Assembly (NCBI GenBank): GCA_951406725.2
Contig: OX597814.1
Coordinates: 178,250,001-178,314,000, forward strand
DNA from: Octopus vulgaris
Taxonomy: Eukaryota
Direction of reading: 5' to 3'
DNA length: 64,000 nucleotides
Made by a program: the position numbers and the translations under genes. The notes under the pieces were generated by a model, which saw only the letters and a program-made list of their open reading frames with translations, had not been told where the DNA came from and did not search any database. This document shows, piece after piece, positions 14,868 to 28,455 of this stretch; within the stretch, counting starts at the first letter, position 1, and the number at the start of each line of letters is the position of its first letter.

Positions 14868-15410
14868 GAAGAATGCTTTAATTTAATTTCATTTAACAAA
14901 TCAAATTTTATATCGTAGGTTTGGTTGTTTTGGTTATTTCAGAACGGAATGGCAGTTAATAATAAGATTGCGATGAACAGTGTTGGTGGCTGCACTGACG
15001 TGGAATCAGTATGGTAGGAGTATGGGATGATGTTGTTTGTTTTCAATTATTTGTCAATAGTTTCCATTGTACTGTAGAAAATCTTCGTGGATTTTGCAGA
15101 TACTAAATATATATTAAAAAAAAGTAAACAAAACGTAAGGAAACAAACGCAAGGAAACAAAATCTAATAAATAAAAAAAAACACTATATATAGCTATATA
15201 AAAATACGGGTTAAAAACAAAGAAAGAAATGATATCTAATCTACATGCCAATGGAATCTTGTCTGTGTGAAATTGAATTTATTATCAAGTGTGGAAAAAT
15301 TTGACATGTATCTATTATCCATTAGTCTGCTCTGGATGTCTGTCAGTCTGACATTCTCTGTATTAGTATCGCATCTCTCCTTCAAACCTCTTCGTATATC
15401 ATTTGTTTAT

Positions 15411-15413
15411 ATC

Positions 15414-15483
<70 letters not shown>

Positions 15484-15496
15484 GATCTATCTATCT
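15411..15496. repeat. (ATCT)n microsatellite
   Basis: Directly visible. Confidence 0.95.
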
Positions 15497-15519
15497 AAAA
15501 GATGGGTGAATGTAGCAAG

Positions 15520-15855
15520 GACGGTACGTGTGGATAACGAAGCCACCTTGAGCATTGTCTTATGATCCAGAAAAATAAAGGAAAAAATGTGGTTTTGCAT
15601 GACGTTATTGTACGAGGTTACCGTGGTCTTTTCCGTAGGCTTTTCTTTCCACAGATAAACCTAATCTGTTTCCCCTCTTACATTATGACATTTCTGTGAT
15701 ACACAATCCCTATTGATCGCTTCTTCTTTTTTGTTTCGACGATTCCTTTTGATCGAATTTCTACCCCACTTTTTTTCCCTTTCCAAAAAGAAAAGGTCTA
15801 GTTTGTATTTTGGCCCCTCTGTGTTCAGCCCTGTTTAGCCAATAAAGAAACATAT
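15520..15855 (+). mobile_element. Repeat 3' end sharing its last ~50 nt with SINE A tail variant 1 (candidate partner-LINE 3' UTR)
   Basis: GGCCCCTCTGTGTTCAGCCCTGTTTAGCCAATAAAGAAA resembles GTCCCTTCTATGTTTAGCCTCTTGTGGGTAATAAAGAAA (30856-30893). The upstream body is unrelated to the SINE. Confidence 0.4.
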
Positions 15856-16159
15856 CTATACGACACTCTGTCTGTCGGTATATCTGTTTCTCTGTCTCTC
15901 TGTCTGTTGGTATATCAATTTGCTTTTCTACAAGGGAGTAATATCCTAAATATCAAACGTACTTATTCATGTATCATTTTATACTTATAGATACACACAT
16001 ATATTCAAACACATGTGCGTGCAAATTGAAGCTCACTTGCAAAGACACACATAGACTCAAAGGAACACACATACATGTAATAATGAGTGGAAGAGAGGCA
16101 TTACTCCTGATGTTTAAATTTTTCCACACACTGCTAAAATATAGGCAATAATGCTAGTA

Positions 16160-16500
16160 GATATTCCGTGGCAGCAACAATGATTTCTAAATTCCGTGTT
16201 CTTGGGCTAGAAATATAGGTCACAGTATTTCGAATAAGATCTAGCAGCTGAGAAGCATTGAGTATATAGGTGTTTGAGTGTGTTTCATATAGTTTTGAAG
16301 TCGTTCCGGAATGTTCAGCTATATTTTAGTAACAAATAGAGAAGTCAAATACGAGTATCAACGTGCTTGTAAGTTATTGAAGGTTATTGATTTATAGAAT
16401 CTCGGATGTTATCTAGGATTTTTATTCTTGTACAGGGTGACACTTTTCATCGTAAGAAATGCTATTTTGTAGGTCTTCATAGAACTTTGTTGACCATCAG
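16160..16500 (-). mobile_element. Decayed PLE RT fragment
   Basis: The minus strand shows ILVFDFSIC/TSLF-like (cf. LVSFDVTSLFT) and QLLDLIR..VTY remnants followed by a G.AMG-like segment. Confidence 0.35.
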
Positions 16501-16725
16501 TAACTGATAATGGTTGAAGCATTTTCCGGCTTTAAAGCAGAATCGTATATTTTGTGATGTGATGAAGATTTGGCAATGCTGCATGTATATATGTATGTAT
16601 GTATATATGAATGGATGGATGGATATGTGTATGTATGTACGTATGTATGAATGTATGAGTGTATGTGTATGTTTGTGTGTATATATATGTGCGTGTATGT
16701 ATATATATATGTGTGTGTGTCTATC

Positions 16726-16774
<49 letters not shown>

Positions 16775-17308
16775 TATCGCCGATATCGTAGCTTAGCATT
16801 ATTAGCTTTGAAGTTTTCATGGCACTAGAATATGAGGTTCAAACCTGTTTCTTTGACACGAACATTTATACCATCTACGTGCTGTTGGAAGAGACTAGCT
16901 AACCTCAAGTTTTCATTTGAAGAATGTTCCCTAAATCGTTGTTCTTAGAACCTTTTCTATCTGAATGAGGTCACTAGATTGTATGCAGATAACGCGAGCA
17001 GGCAGAAAATTTTGCAAGTCATAAATAAATGAGATAGATTTAGTAAGATATTATGCTTCTGGAGTACAAATCGTTACGAATACAGGAAGGAACAAGTCAG
17101 AAAGACATTGTCATCTCTCATATTTACACAGCTTAAAAAATATATATAATGAAAAGAACTAGGATCGATTCCTTCGACTAAAAATTTTTTAAGGATACAT
17201 CCCATCATGGTTGCAGTGATCTGCTTGAAACAAATAAAAAAAAAGATTTAAAAGAATCGCCTCAGGAAATGAGAAAGAGAAAAGATAGTGACAGAAAAGG
17301 GGAACGGC

Positions 17309-17346
<38 letters not shown>

Positions 17347-17805
17347 GTAAATAAAGGGAAAATATATATATAGAGAGAGGGGTAAATAAAGGGAAAATAT
17401 ATATAGAGAGAGGGAAGAGCAAGAGGGGAGAGAGAAGTAGGAGAAATATGAGGAGAGCAAACTTGTGAGATTTTTCTTGTAACACTTGAAGTTTAATGCC
17501 ATGTTTGATGTTTAGTTTAACAAGATTGTCATCGTTGAAATTTTCCAAAGCCTATCTCCCTAATAGATGGTATATAACAGTTAAGGTCCAGTGGATTAAA
17601 GCAGCTTATAAATTTGGTTGTGAAAGATACAGTATGACGAAGAAGAGTTGATCTAGAACTGTTTACATGATATTTACGATATTTGAAGGGCAATGCGTTT
17701 GTCGTTACTAGGTTGAGAGAAGTCGCATTTCAGGTAATCGACACATTGTTATATGTAGACACACACATTTCTGGATCATGATGAATGTAACTATATATAA
17801 GTAAC

Positions 17806-17841
<36 letters not shown>

Positions 17842-18129
17842 ATATATATATATATATAGGTAAACAGTAAAAATAATTACAGACATGGACAAGAACATGA
17901 AACGCCACAGAGACGACATAATCCTTTGTCTCTGTGTGTTCATAATGCATTCTCGAACGGCTCAACCAAATCAAATAAAATTTTAAATGTAATTTTGGGG
18001 GAGTTAAACGGTGCAACATTGGCACGGGTCCCGCATTACGTCACAAAACTCGAAGAATAAAAGTGAAACCTTCGACGGAGTAACAGTTATAAATAGTTTC
18101 ACTTTTATATTGTTTCACTTTTAATAGTT

Positions 18130-18177
<48 letters not shown>

Positions 18178-18179
<2 letters not shown>

Positions 18180-18382
18180 GGAGTAAACACATAAATGTGA
18201 AACAAGGTGGAAAAAAAGAGTACTCAAATACCAGTGGTAGAGTAATATGCTTTATTTAAAGCAGCTGAAAATTCTACAAAACCTGTTACTCTGAGTTTCG
18301 CGTTGCCGTTCATCGGACAGTTTTTGCAACGCGAAACTCAGAGTAACAGGTTTTGTAGAATTTTCTGCTGCTTTAAATAAAG

Positions 18383-18387
<5 letters not shown>
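18178..18387 (-). mobile_element. PLE pseudo-LTR 3' end plus an inverted partial copy (fold-back), inside (TA)n
   Basis: Inverted arms 18245-18306 and 18326-18387 (2 mismatches, 19-nt spacer). It contains an HHR and is flanked on both sides by TA repeats. Confidence 0.8.
18283..18320 (-). ncRNA. Minimal type I hammerhead ribozyme (CCGAUGA core variant)
   Basis: CUGU-CCGAUGA-ACG(GCAA)CGC-GAA-ACUC(A)GAGU-A-ACAG: stem I CUGU/ACAG, GNRA-capped short stem II, pseudo-palindromic stem III, GUA cleavage triplet. Confidence 0.7.
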
Positions 18388-18417
<30 letters not shown>

Positions 18418-19891
18418 GTGGATATATATATATTTATGCATATATATATGTATGTATGAATATATGTGTATATATATGTATAAAATACAGTGTACACTTA
18501 AACACATAAGGTGTTCATCATAGGACTCCCTTACACTAGAAGGAACAGCTAAAGTCCTGGTGTCGATTTGTTCGATTAAAGGCGATAATACAGCATGGCC
18601 TTAGTCAAATGACTGAAACAAACAAAAGAATATATATATGATGATGATTGCTTCATGATGAGAAATGGTAGACGTCTCATCAACACACACACACACCACA
18701 CCTCGTCACACAGCACAACCATCCTTTGATTAGCCCTTAGATGACTTTTAAGACCAGCTGCTGCCTGACAGGGTTTAAAACAAGTGGCAGATATTCAAGT
18801 TTCTTCTATATCTTTGACCTTTGGCATCTGATCCTGAAGGAATTATTGTTTTGTGAACTAGCATGTGTTCACAAACTAGCTTCTGTACTAGCTTGACACC
18901 ATAGAACTAGCGGAGTACCGATTAATTAGCTGAGTTGCAGCACAAGAGCGCATAGCAGAGAACTTGTTTATTCGGAGAACTTTCAGTGTTTTCTTTTGAC
19001 AACGTATGATATTAAGTTGACAGAAATTGGATTATTCTGTATGATAAATGCCTCTAATAACTGCGAATAGTAAATGTAGTCACCTCAAAACAACCTTTGC
19101 AGATTTTACACGAATTACATTAGTTTTATTATTGCCGTTTCTTTGTTCATTTGTTTTGCACAATTTGCTTGTTTTTCTGTTCTACCTGTTGCACTCTCTT
19201 GTTATTAGCTGTAGTGATAATTCAACCTTTGTTGCTATTATTGCAGTTGTATTTTGTACGACTAACACATTGCTATAAATGTGTTCTGTTGGTTTTTATT
19301 GTGAGTCAATCATTAAAACTGCTGTCAGTTTTTATTCTTATTGGTATTGTTCTCTTGTCACTTTTATTGTTACCTTTACTGATATTTATGTTTATTTATC
19401 GTTCTAGTTATTATTAATACTGCTTTTTAAGTTGAATGGGAAAAAAATGCAGTCACGATCAGTCACGTTGTTGTGTTTGAACATCGGAAGAGATATCATA
19501 TACGGTGGCAGCATGCACCACATGATCAGCAAAGAATTGAGAAGTATAACGTCGAAAGTGCAAAGTTTATTGTGTTACTGTAACTGGCGCTAAGAAACTT
19601 TTGTAGGAGCAGGAAAATTTGAGAATCTTATTTTGGCAAGAGACCAGAAGGTTCTCCTACAATTTAATAGTTCAAAAAAATTCGTGATCTGATCGATACC
19701 TAAAAATTTCTTTTATATACCCAATGTAGTCTTACTATCTATAAGTTGTGGGGGGTGATTTCCAAACACACAAAAACAAATTCTATCATACTAACATGTA
19801 CTTTTCACCAAAACACATTCAAACGCAAATACCCACGCATATGTATGAATATTTGTGTTTATGTACGTATATGTATAGAGAGATTGTGTGC

Positions 19892-19961
<70 letters not shown>

Positions 19962-20825
19962 AAGACAGAGAGATGAAGGAGATATGCTTTTAGACGTCCC
20001 TGAACGTATATAACGGTTTTAAATTGTTACAAGAATGTGAATAAAAGTACTTAATACGTTCTATAGAGTGAATGTATTCGAAAGAAATACTTCTTGCGGT
20101 AGGCACTTTCCCTTGAGTCACATCTGTCGACAGAATGCTTTATTTAGAATGAAACAGAAAACCAGAGAAAGTATTACTTTCTGTGACACACACACACATA
20201 CAGAACCTAATATATAAGGATTATCTAAGCCTAGTTAGATTATCTATGAAGAAAACCAAACATTACCAATGTGAGTGATATTCACAAACTATGAATTCAC
20301 AAACACTTTCCACTTTACAAGAATGAAAGAAAACTCATAAGAATGCGACTAACATATAAGTGATTCACATTCAAGAATAATAAATGAGTATTCCCCTCAT
20401 CAACTGCCACACGGAATCACTATGGTTTCGACACCTGAGGAGTGCCATTCAATGCGGCAGTGTTAATAGTATTAACGATATACACGCTGCCTAGAAATCC
20501 ACCAGCATATTGCTACAAGTAACAACAATTGATTGAACAAATAGTAATTACTTAAAATTACACAATAGTACTCATAACAGATAATTAATTTCATAAAGAA
20601 TATTCAGCCAATTCAACAAACATAGACTCCCAAATACTTTGTTTCTCACCCAAGATAAGACCACGAACGTGATATCACACGTAAAACAAGCCTCATAAAG
20701 TTTAGTCGAAAAACACAACGTCCTCCAACTATGTAGAAACAAAAGACTATAAAATATATTAACAAAATAAATTGGTTATTACAAGTAAAAGAAACTAAAA
20801 ATAGGAGATAGAAGTAAATTAAATA

Positions 20826-20976
20826 AAAACATATTCTGTTGTGTCTGAGGAGATTTATTCTCTTTTAGTGCCCTATAATTTTATATGTATATATATATAT
20901 ATAATTAGAAAATAACTACCTTTTATCAATTCAAAATGAACAATTAAATTACACCATCTTTTTATTATTATTTTAT

Positions 20977-21033
<57 letters not shown>

Positions 21034-21620
21034 TGTGTGAAATTTGATTTAGCATTTCTAAATTGAATTCTTTTTCCTTGTAAGTTTGGATTTTATACCC
21101 TCAAATAATAATTATATATATATATATGTGTGTGTGTGTGTATATTAATAAAATATATATGTACAATATTAGATATGTACATATATACACAAGTGTTCTA
21201 CATGAGTACCTATATCGCTAACGATAGAAGTCAAAAATTACTTGCGTACCACCGAATGGTCATATATATATATATATTATTAGTTTGCCTGTACGGCTGA
21301 TAATTCGCTTACTACTTGTGATGGTATTTTAATAATACCATCCTTATATTTATATATATATATTTCTAGAATAGTCAAAAATTATTGAAAAGATTGCAAG
21401 GCTCAACGAAAATTTTAGAAAAATGAATAAGTAAATGAGTGCAAATTCTACCGGTGTGTGTGTGTGTGTCAAATTATAAGGCACGAAAAGAAAATTACTC
21501 TACCCAGACACCACACAAAATGTTTCAACACACGAACTCACATAAAGAATCTTGCACAACAAATCCAAAAACGAAATAAATTAAAACAAATATGCATATA
21601 AATAAATAATATTACTGCAA
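20826..21620. mobile_element. Mosaic of short (60-130 bp) unique islands separated by (TA)n/(TG)n, probable truncated PLE 3' ends
   Basis: At least six islands, each bounded by dinucleotide tracts, with the same architecture as the recognisable PLE ends elsewhere in the window. Confidence 0.4.
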
Positions 21621-21635
21621 CAAACATATATACTC

Positions 21636-21679
<44 letters not shown>

Positions 21680-22207
21680 CAAACAAATAATTAATAACGT
21701 CCTAACTACAAAGACACTAGCTCATCCATTATAATTATACGGACAACGAGCTCGTTCCTTGGGAGCAACTCAAATTATCCTTAATTACAGAATACGTAAA
21801 TATATATGTAGTTTAAATCAAGGTATACATGTACAGACTATAAACAGTGAATACCACTTGTTTCACTTCTATAACACAAAATCAAGTCTTTGCAAAGTGG
21901 TTTTCTTTACGATACAGCCAAGTTTGCGCGTTGTTATATAAATGTCAATACGCGCGCGCGTATGTAAGCATTCAAATATTTAGTCAATATGAGTGAGTGA
22001 ATTTATGTAAGTGGGATAGAGTGTGAGCGAACATGTGTGCATACGAATATGCAATTTATGAGCGTGATGCTGACGTTAGAACTTTTACTGTAATTCTATT
22101 TCTGTTCTTCCCACTTTTCTCATTTTTTGCTCATGCTGAAAAGCATACATATATATACATTTATTTATATGTATGTTTGTATATATACATACATATATAT
22201 ATATGTG

Positions 22208-22572
<365 letters not shown>

Positions 22573-22979
22573 CACATACATATTATAATATAATAAAATA
22601 TATTTATTTGTGTGTCTGTGTGTGAATGTGTGTGTGCGTGTGTGTGTGTGCATGTGCGTATGCGTGTGAAAACTACTTAAATGTTTCCACCGACACATAT
22701 TTATATATAGATGCCAAAATGCATAATTGACAAAATTACATATTACACAGTTTTTATGAAACATACAACGGATGCAAAATAAGAAAAAAAAACTTTGAAA
22801 ATTGTTTAATCAGAGAAAAGCGCACAAATTGTATTTGTCAAAAAAACATCACTTAATTGAGTAACAAATTAATTACTAATTGTACTAATTGTATGTTTCT
22901 TTAGATATAATTTCGCTATGATACTTTCTGCTTTCAACCTGAATAACATGCCTATTTAAATAATAATAATAATAATAAC

Positions 22980-23026
<47 letters not shown>

Positions 23027-23034
23027 TAATAATA

Positions 23035-23931
<897 letters not shown>

Positions 23932-23950
23932 TAGTAATAATAATAATAAT

Positions 23951-24525
23951 GTTCCCTGTCCTTGCTAAGTCAGAATATGTATAAAGACACGACAAACTAC
24001 GTAACTATATCCACTGGACAATGTGCCAACACTGCAAAGTTAAAACCGAGTGCAAATGGTATAAACATGTGCCAAACAAGGTACAAAACAATGACCAGGC
24101 CACAATCATCTGGGATATGCCAGCTCAAACTGACAATGAAATAAAAGCTAATCGCCCAGACATAATAGTCAAGGATTGGAGAGTAAAAACCTGCTTACTG
24201 GTAGGCATTGCAAACATTTCTGATCAAAATATTGTCAAAAATTAACTGGAGAAATTGTTGAAGTACAAAGATCTAGAAATTGGAGTATTCAAAATTTGGA
24301 GTATGAAGGTAAAACTATAGAAGTAATAATTGGAGTATTGGACATGATAAAAAAATCATATGAATGATAATGTAAAATCTATACCTGGATTGTCAACACA
24401 ACACGCTGTCCAAATAATAACCCCGCTAGGAACAGCCCACATCTTACGCAAGACACTATCAATCCAATTAAACAACCTACACAAAACAAGCAGTGCGCAT
24501 GAAAACCCGTGCTAAAACTGCCGCC
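23951..24525 (+). mobile_element. R4/Dong-like RLE LINE, 3' fragment (family beta)
   Basis: PVLAKSEYV.RHDK...IHW.MC...WYKH.P...ATIIWDMPAQTDNEIKANRPDIIVKD...CLLV...KYKDLEI...LGTAHILRKTLSIQ. Confidence 0.85.
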
Positions 24526-24529
24526 CTAG

Positions 24530-25545
24530 ATATTCTTACTGATAAATGGCAAGAAAAACCTCTCAATCGCAAATACCCAACGAGCTTATAATGCCGATAT
24601 TGACAAAGCCCTCACCCATCAATGATTAGTGTCTTCTGGCTTAAACTCAGAAATAGAAAAGTTTATCATACTAGCTCATGATCAATGCTTACCTAAAAGA
24701 AGCTACCAGGTCAACATCTTAAAGAACGGCAGTAGTCCAACAGGTCGTGTATGTAAACATCAAAATAAAACCATTGATTATGTTGTCTCCATGTGCATTC
24801 TTCTTGCGCCTACAGAGTATCTCAACAGGCATGATAGAAGGGCACAGTATATCTTCTGGGTAATTTGCAAAGACTTGAACCTGCCCCATGATAAAAACTG
24901 GTGGGAACTTAAACCGCTACCTGTAAAAATGACCAGATCTCATTCCTTTGGAACTTCACCGTTCAAACTTACCAACAGAATACGCAAATAGGCTAGACAT
25001 TATGTTGAAGGACGTGAGACAAAATTCATGCCTCCTCACCGATATGACTATCCTAATCGACTTATCAAAAACTTAGCAAGCATAAATATTTGAAATAGAA
25101 ATTGACAAAATGTGGAACATCAAGATTAATACAATACCTCTTGTCCTAGGTACACTAGGAATAATAGAATAGTAAAATGGTAGAGATGCTAACTAGCTCA
25201 GATACCAGGAAATCCAGAAATGGAACAAATTTAATATAGTGCTCACGTGAACCGCCATATCCTACGTAAAATATTGTCTATGTAATACCTAAAATATTTT
25301 AATCCATAAATAGTGTCAAAATACTTTTAAATGTAAATAACAGCAAACAACATTTACTGTCTTCTTAACATCAGACTATCATCTTATAATCAAATTACTT
25401 TTAATACAAACTTCTAATTTATTTATGTTTTGACATACGTTCTCTAGAACAATACTCTGGATAAAATCAAATATATGGCACCCTAGTCCTAATACCAACT
25501 CGAACTTCTAACTTCGATTGGTATGACAGGTTAGCTTGGGAGATT
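24530..25545 (+). mobile_element. R4/Dong-like RLE LINE, 3' fragment (family gamma)
   Basis: KWQEKPL...SSGLNSEIEKFIILAHDQCLPKRSY...RVCKHQNKTIDYVVSMC..LAPTEYLNRHD; near-identical by eye to 26620-27770. Confidence 0.9.
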
Positions 25546-25806
25546 AAGCAGATGTGGTCGCTGAAAAAGGTGGTAGTAGTACCAATAATGGTCGGAGCCC
25601 TGGGAACAGTGAGTAAAGATCATGAGAATTACACGGAAAAAATAAGAGCTGCAATAAGAGTAGAGCACTTGCGGTAAACAGCACTGCTTGGAACCGCTCG
25701 AATACTCCGGATATTGCTCGAAAAATAAAGGGTGTTACCTTAGTACACTGGTAGTGAACAGCTGGTATGGTAGTACATCTCCAGCGTTTGAAGTTGTGCA
25801 AAGACA
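25546..25806 (+). mobile_element. R4/Dong-like RLE LINE, extreme 3' end (family delta)
   Basis: KKVVVVPIMVGALGTVSK...TALLGTARILR, then a 3' UTR and (AAT)n; same family as 28251-28455. Confidence 0.85.
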
Positions 25807-25809
25807 ATA

Positions 25810-25890
<81 letters not shown>

Positions 25891-25968
25891 AAGAAGAAGA
25901 AGAAGAAGAAGAAGAAGAAGAAGAAGAAGAAGAAGAACAACAACAACAACAACAACATCAATAATAAC
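25806..25968. repeat. Compound (AAT)n-(AAG)n-(AAC)n microsatellite
   Basis: Directly visible; the trinucleotide register is kept across motif changes. Confidence 0.95.
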
Positions 25969-26850
25969 TGGCCTCAATAAATGTGCAAAAGATATCTTTA
26001 TGAAAAGTAAAACAGAAACATCCAATGGTAATCTTTATCAGCAGAATGCCATAAAGGAGTTAGAACCAACGGAGACCTACAAATACCTAGGCGATGGAAT
26101 CAAGCATTCAAGGATAAGGGAAATAATCAGAAGAGAATGTTATCGCAAGGTAAGGGCAATACTCAAGACTGAGCTGGATGCAAGAAACAGGATCGAAGCG
26201 ATCAATACTTTAACCATACAGGTCGTGACTTACTATTTCAATATCATTAACTGGTCAATTACTGAAATATGTGATCTTGACAGAAAAATACGAAAAATTT
26301 TGACAATGCATAGAATGCGCCACCTTAGGTCAGGTATAGAACGACTCTACTTGCCAAGACAAGAGGGTGGCCGTGGACTTTTTCAACTGGAACTAACAAT
26401 GGAGATTGCCACAATTGGACTCAACACCTACCTGATAACTGATGACTGGATGTTAAAACTTATTTTAAAGCATGAAAGTAAGAAAGCATCATATTCAGTA
26501 ATAAAACAGGCAAAGGAATATCTAACTGAATTCCAAATACAGCAAATCCCAGAATTAGACGCATTGGAAAGAAGCATAGAAAAAGCTAAGCGTATGAAAA
26601 CACGTACTGAACTGCAGCCTTACTGATAAATGGCAAGAAAAACCTCTCAATGGCAAATACCCAAAGCGAGCTAATGCCGAAGTTGTCAATGGTTAGTGTC
26701 TTCTGGCTTAAAATGGTTAGTGTCTTCTGGCTTAAAATCAGAAATAGAAGGGTTCATCATAGCAGCCCAATATCAATGCCTACCTAAAAGGATCTACCAG
26801 ACCAACATATTAAAGAACAGCAGTAGCCCAATATGTCGTGATTGTAAACA

Positions 26851-26935
26851 CGGGGACGTAAACACACCAGCATCGGTTGTCAAGCGATGTTGAGGGGACA
26901 AACACAGACATACAAACATATACAAACACATACAT
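26851..26935 (-). mobile_element. Internal fragment of SINE family B
   Basis: CGGGGACGTAAACACACCAGCATCGGTTGTCAAGCGATGTTGAGGGGACAAACACA is identical to 29995-30050. Confidence 0.9.
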
Positions 26936-26943
26936 ACACATAC

Positions 26944-27002
<59 letters not shown>

Positions 27003-27004
<2 letters not shown>

Positions 27005-27105
27005 ACGGGAAGCTTTATGAAAATAAACAAATGACGAAGGTAGGTGGAGTACAAATAAACAATTGTATTAGTATGGCGCTCAGGAATATGAATAAAACAA
27101 GTCTT
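27003..27105 (-). mobile_element. 3'-terminal ~100 nt of the same PLE family as 42208-44768
   Basis: Its reverse complement aligns with 44666-44768 (AAGACTTGTTTTATT...TTCCTGAGCGCCATACTAATACAATTGTTT...CATAAAGCTT.CCGTTA); its 3' end abuts (TA)n. Confidence 0.9.
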
Positions 27106-27859
27106 GATCATGTAGTCTCTATGTGCATTCTTCTTCGCCTACAGAGTATCTCAACAGGCATGATAGAGCATCACAGTATATTCACTGGGTAATTAGCAAA
27201 AGAATGGACCTGCCCCATGATAAAAACTGGTGGTAACACAAACCGCCTCCAGTGCTTCAAAATGTCACATTTCACACCTCTGGAACTTCACCGTTCAAAC
27301 TGACAGAAAGAAAGATGTGAATATGCTAGACATTATAATGAAGGACTTCATAGGAAATTCATGCCTCCTCATTGATATGACTGTCTCAATCGACATAAAT
27401 GTATCTGTCAAGACCTACAAAAAACTGAGCAAATATAAATATCTTGAAGTGGAAATTGACAAAATGTGGAACATCAAGACTAAAACAATAATTGTCGTCA
27501 TACATACCCTAGGAATGATAGGAAAAGGGGCTTATTCCTACCTAGCTTAGATACCAGAAGATCCCAAACTGGCAGAAATTCAAGACAGGGCTCATGGGAA
27601 CTGCCCATATCATACATAAAATACTGTGTATATAATCTCAAATTTTCAAACGAACTTCTAATTTTCTTATATTTTCTTAATCATTCTTTAGAACAATACT
27701 ATGTACAAAACCAAATATATGACACCCCAGGCATAATATCAACTTGAACTTTTAACTTGTTGTCTCTTGAGGTCTCTGGGTGACACTTGGACTCAACTTG
27801 TACATGCATAAAGCAAAAGTGAGAAATAACAATAATAATAATATTAATAATAATAATAA

Positions 27860-28197
27860 TAACGTGTCTCTAAAAGAAATGGAGAAACTTTCAAAATACA
27901 AAGACCTGGAAATAGAGGTAACCAGAATGTGGAATCTAAAAACAGAAACAATTCCTATCATAGTAGGTGCATTAGGCATGATAAAAAACTATTCAGACAA
28001 ATACATAACAAAAACACCAGGACTTACAAACACATATAACATACAGAAAATTGCACTACTAGGCACTGCACACATCCTACGCAGAACACTTTCCATACAA
28101 TAACCATCGGAGCATTGCAACAAATCACAGTAGATACCTAAGGCACACAGAGCTGCGCTCGGTAGTGAAGTGAAAACACGCTATAAAAATAAAACTA

Positions 28198-28200
<3 letters not shown>
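27860..28200 (+). mobile_element. R4/Dong-like RLE LINE, 3' end (beta-related, young)
   Basis: Open frame NVSLKEMEKLSKYKDLEIEVTRMWNLKTETIPIIVGALG...LLGTAHILRRTLSIQ*, 3' UTR, (AAT)n on both sides. Confidence 0.9.
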
Positions 28201-28244
<44 letters not shown>

Positions 28245-28250
28245 TAATAA

Positions 28251-28455
28251 TGGGAACAGTGAGCAAAAATCTCGAGAAGTACGTGGAACAAATAGGGGCT
28301 GCAATAAGTGTGGAGCACTTGCAGAAAACAGCACTGCTTGGAACCGCTCGAATACTCCGGAAAGTGCTCGAAAAACAGGTGTTACCTTAGTTCACTAGTA
28401 GTGAACAGCTGACTATGTAGTACATCTCCAGCGTTAGTAGCTGTGCAAAGGCAAT
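28251..28455 (+). mobile_element. R4/Dong-like RLE LINE, extreme 3' end (family delta)
   Basis: GTVSKNLEKYVEQIGAAISVEHLQKTALLGTARILRKVLE plus a UTR matching 25600-25806; AAT/GAT repeats follow. Confidence 0.88.

Larger units (their letters stand above)
25968..27825 (+). mobile_element. R4/Dong-like RLE LINE, 5'-truncated (family gamma), from RT C-terminus to 3' UTR, interrupted at 26851-27105
   Basis: ORF 26000..26626 has YKYLG, RRECYRKVRAILKTEL, RLYLPRQEGGRGL; it continues EGFIIAAQYQCL, C..C and the RLE segment DIIMKD...CLLIDMTV...KLSKYKYLE; it ends in AAT repeats. Confidence 0.92.
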
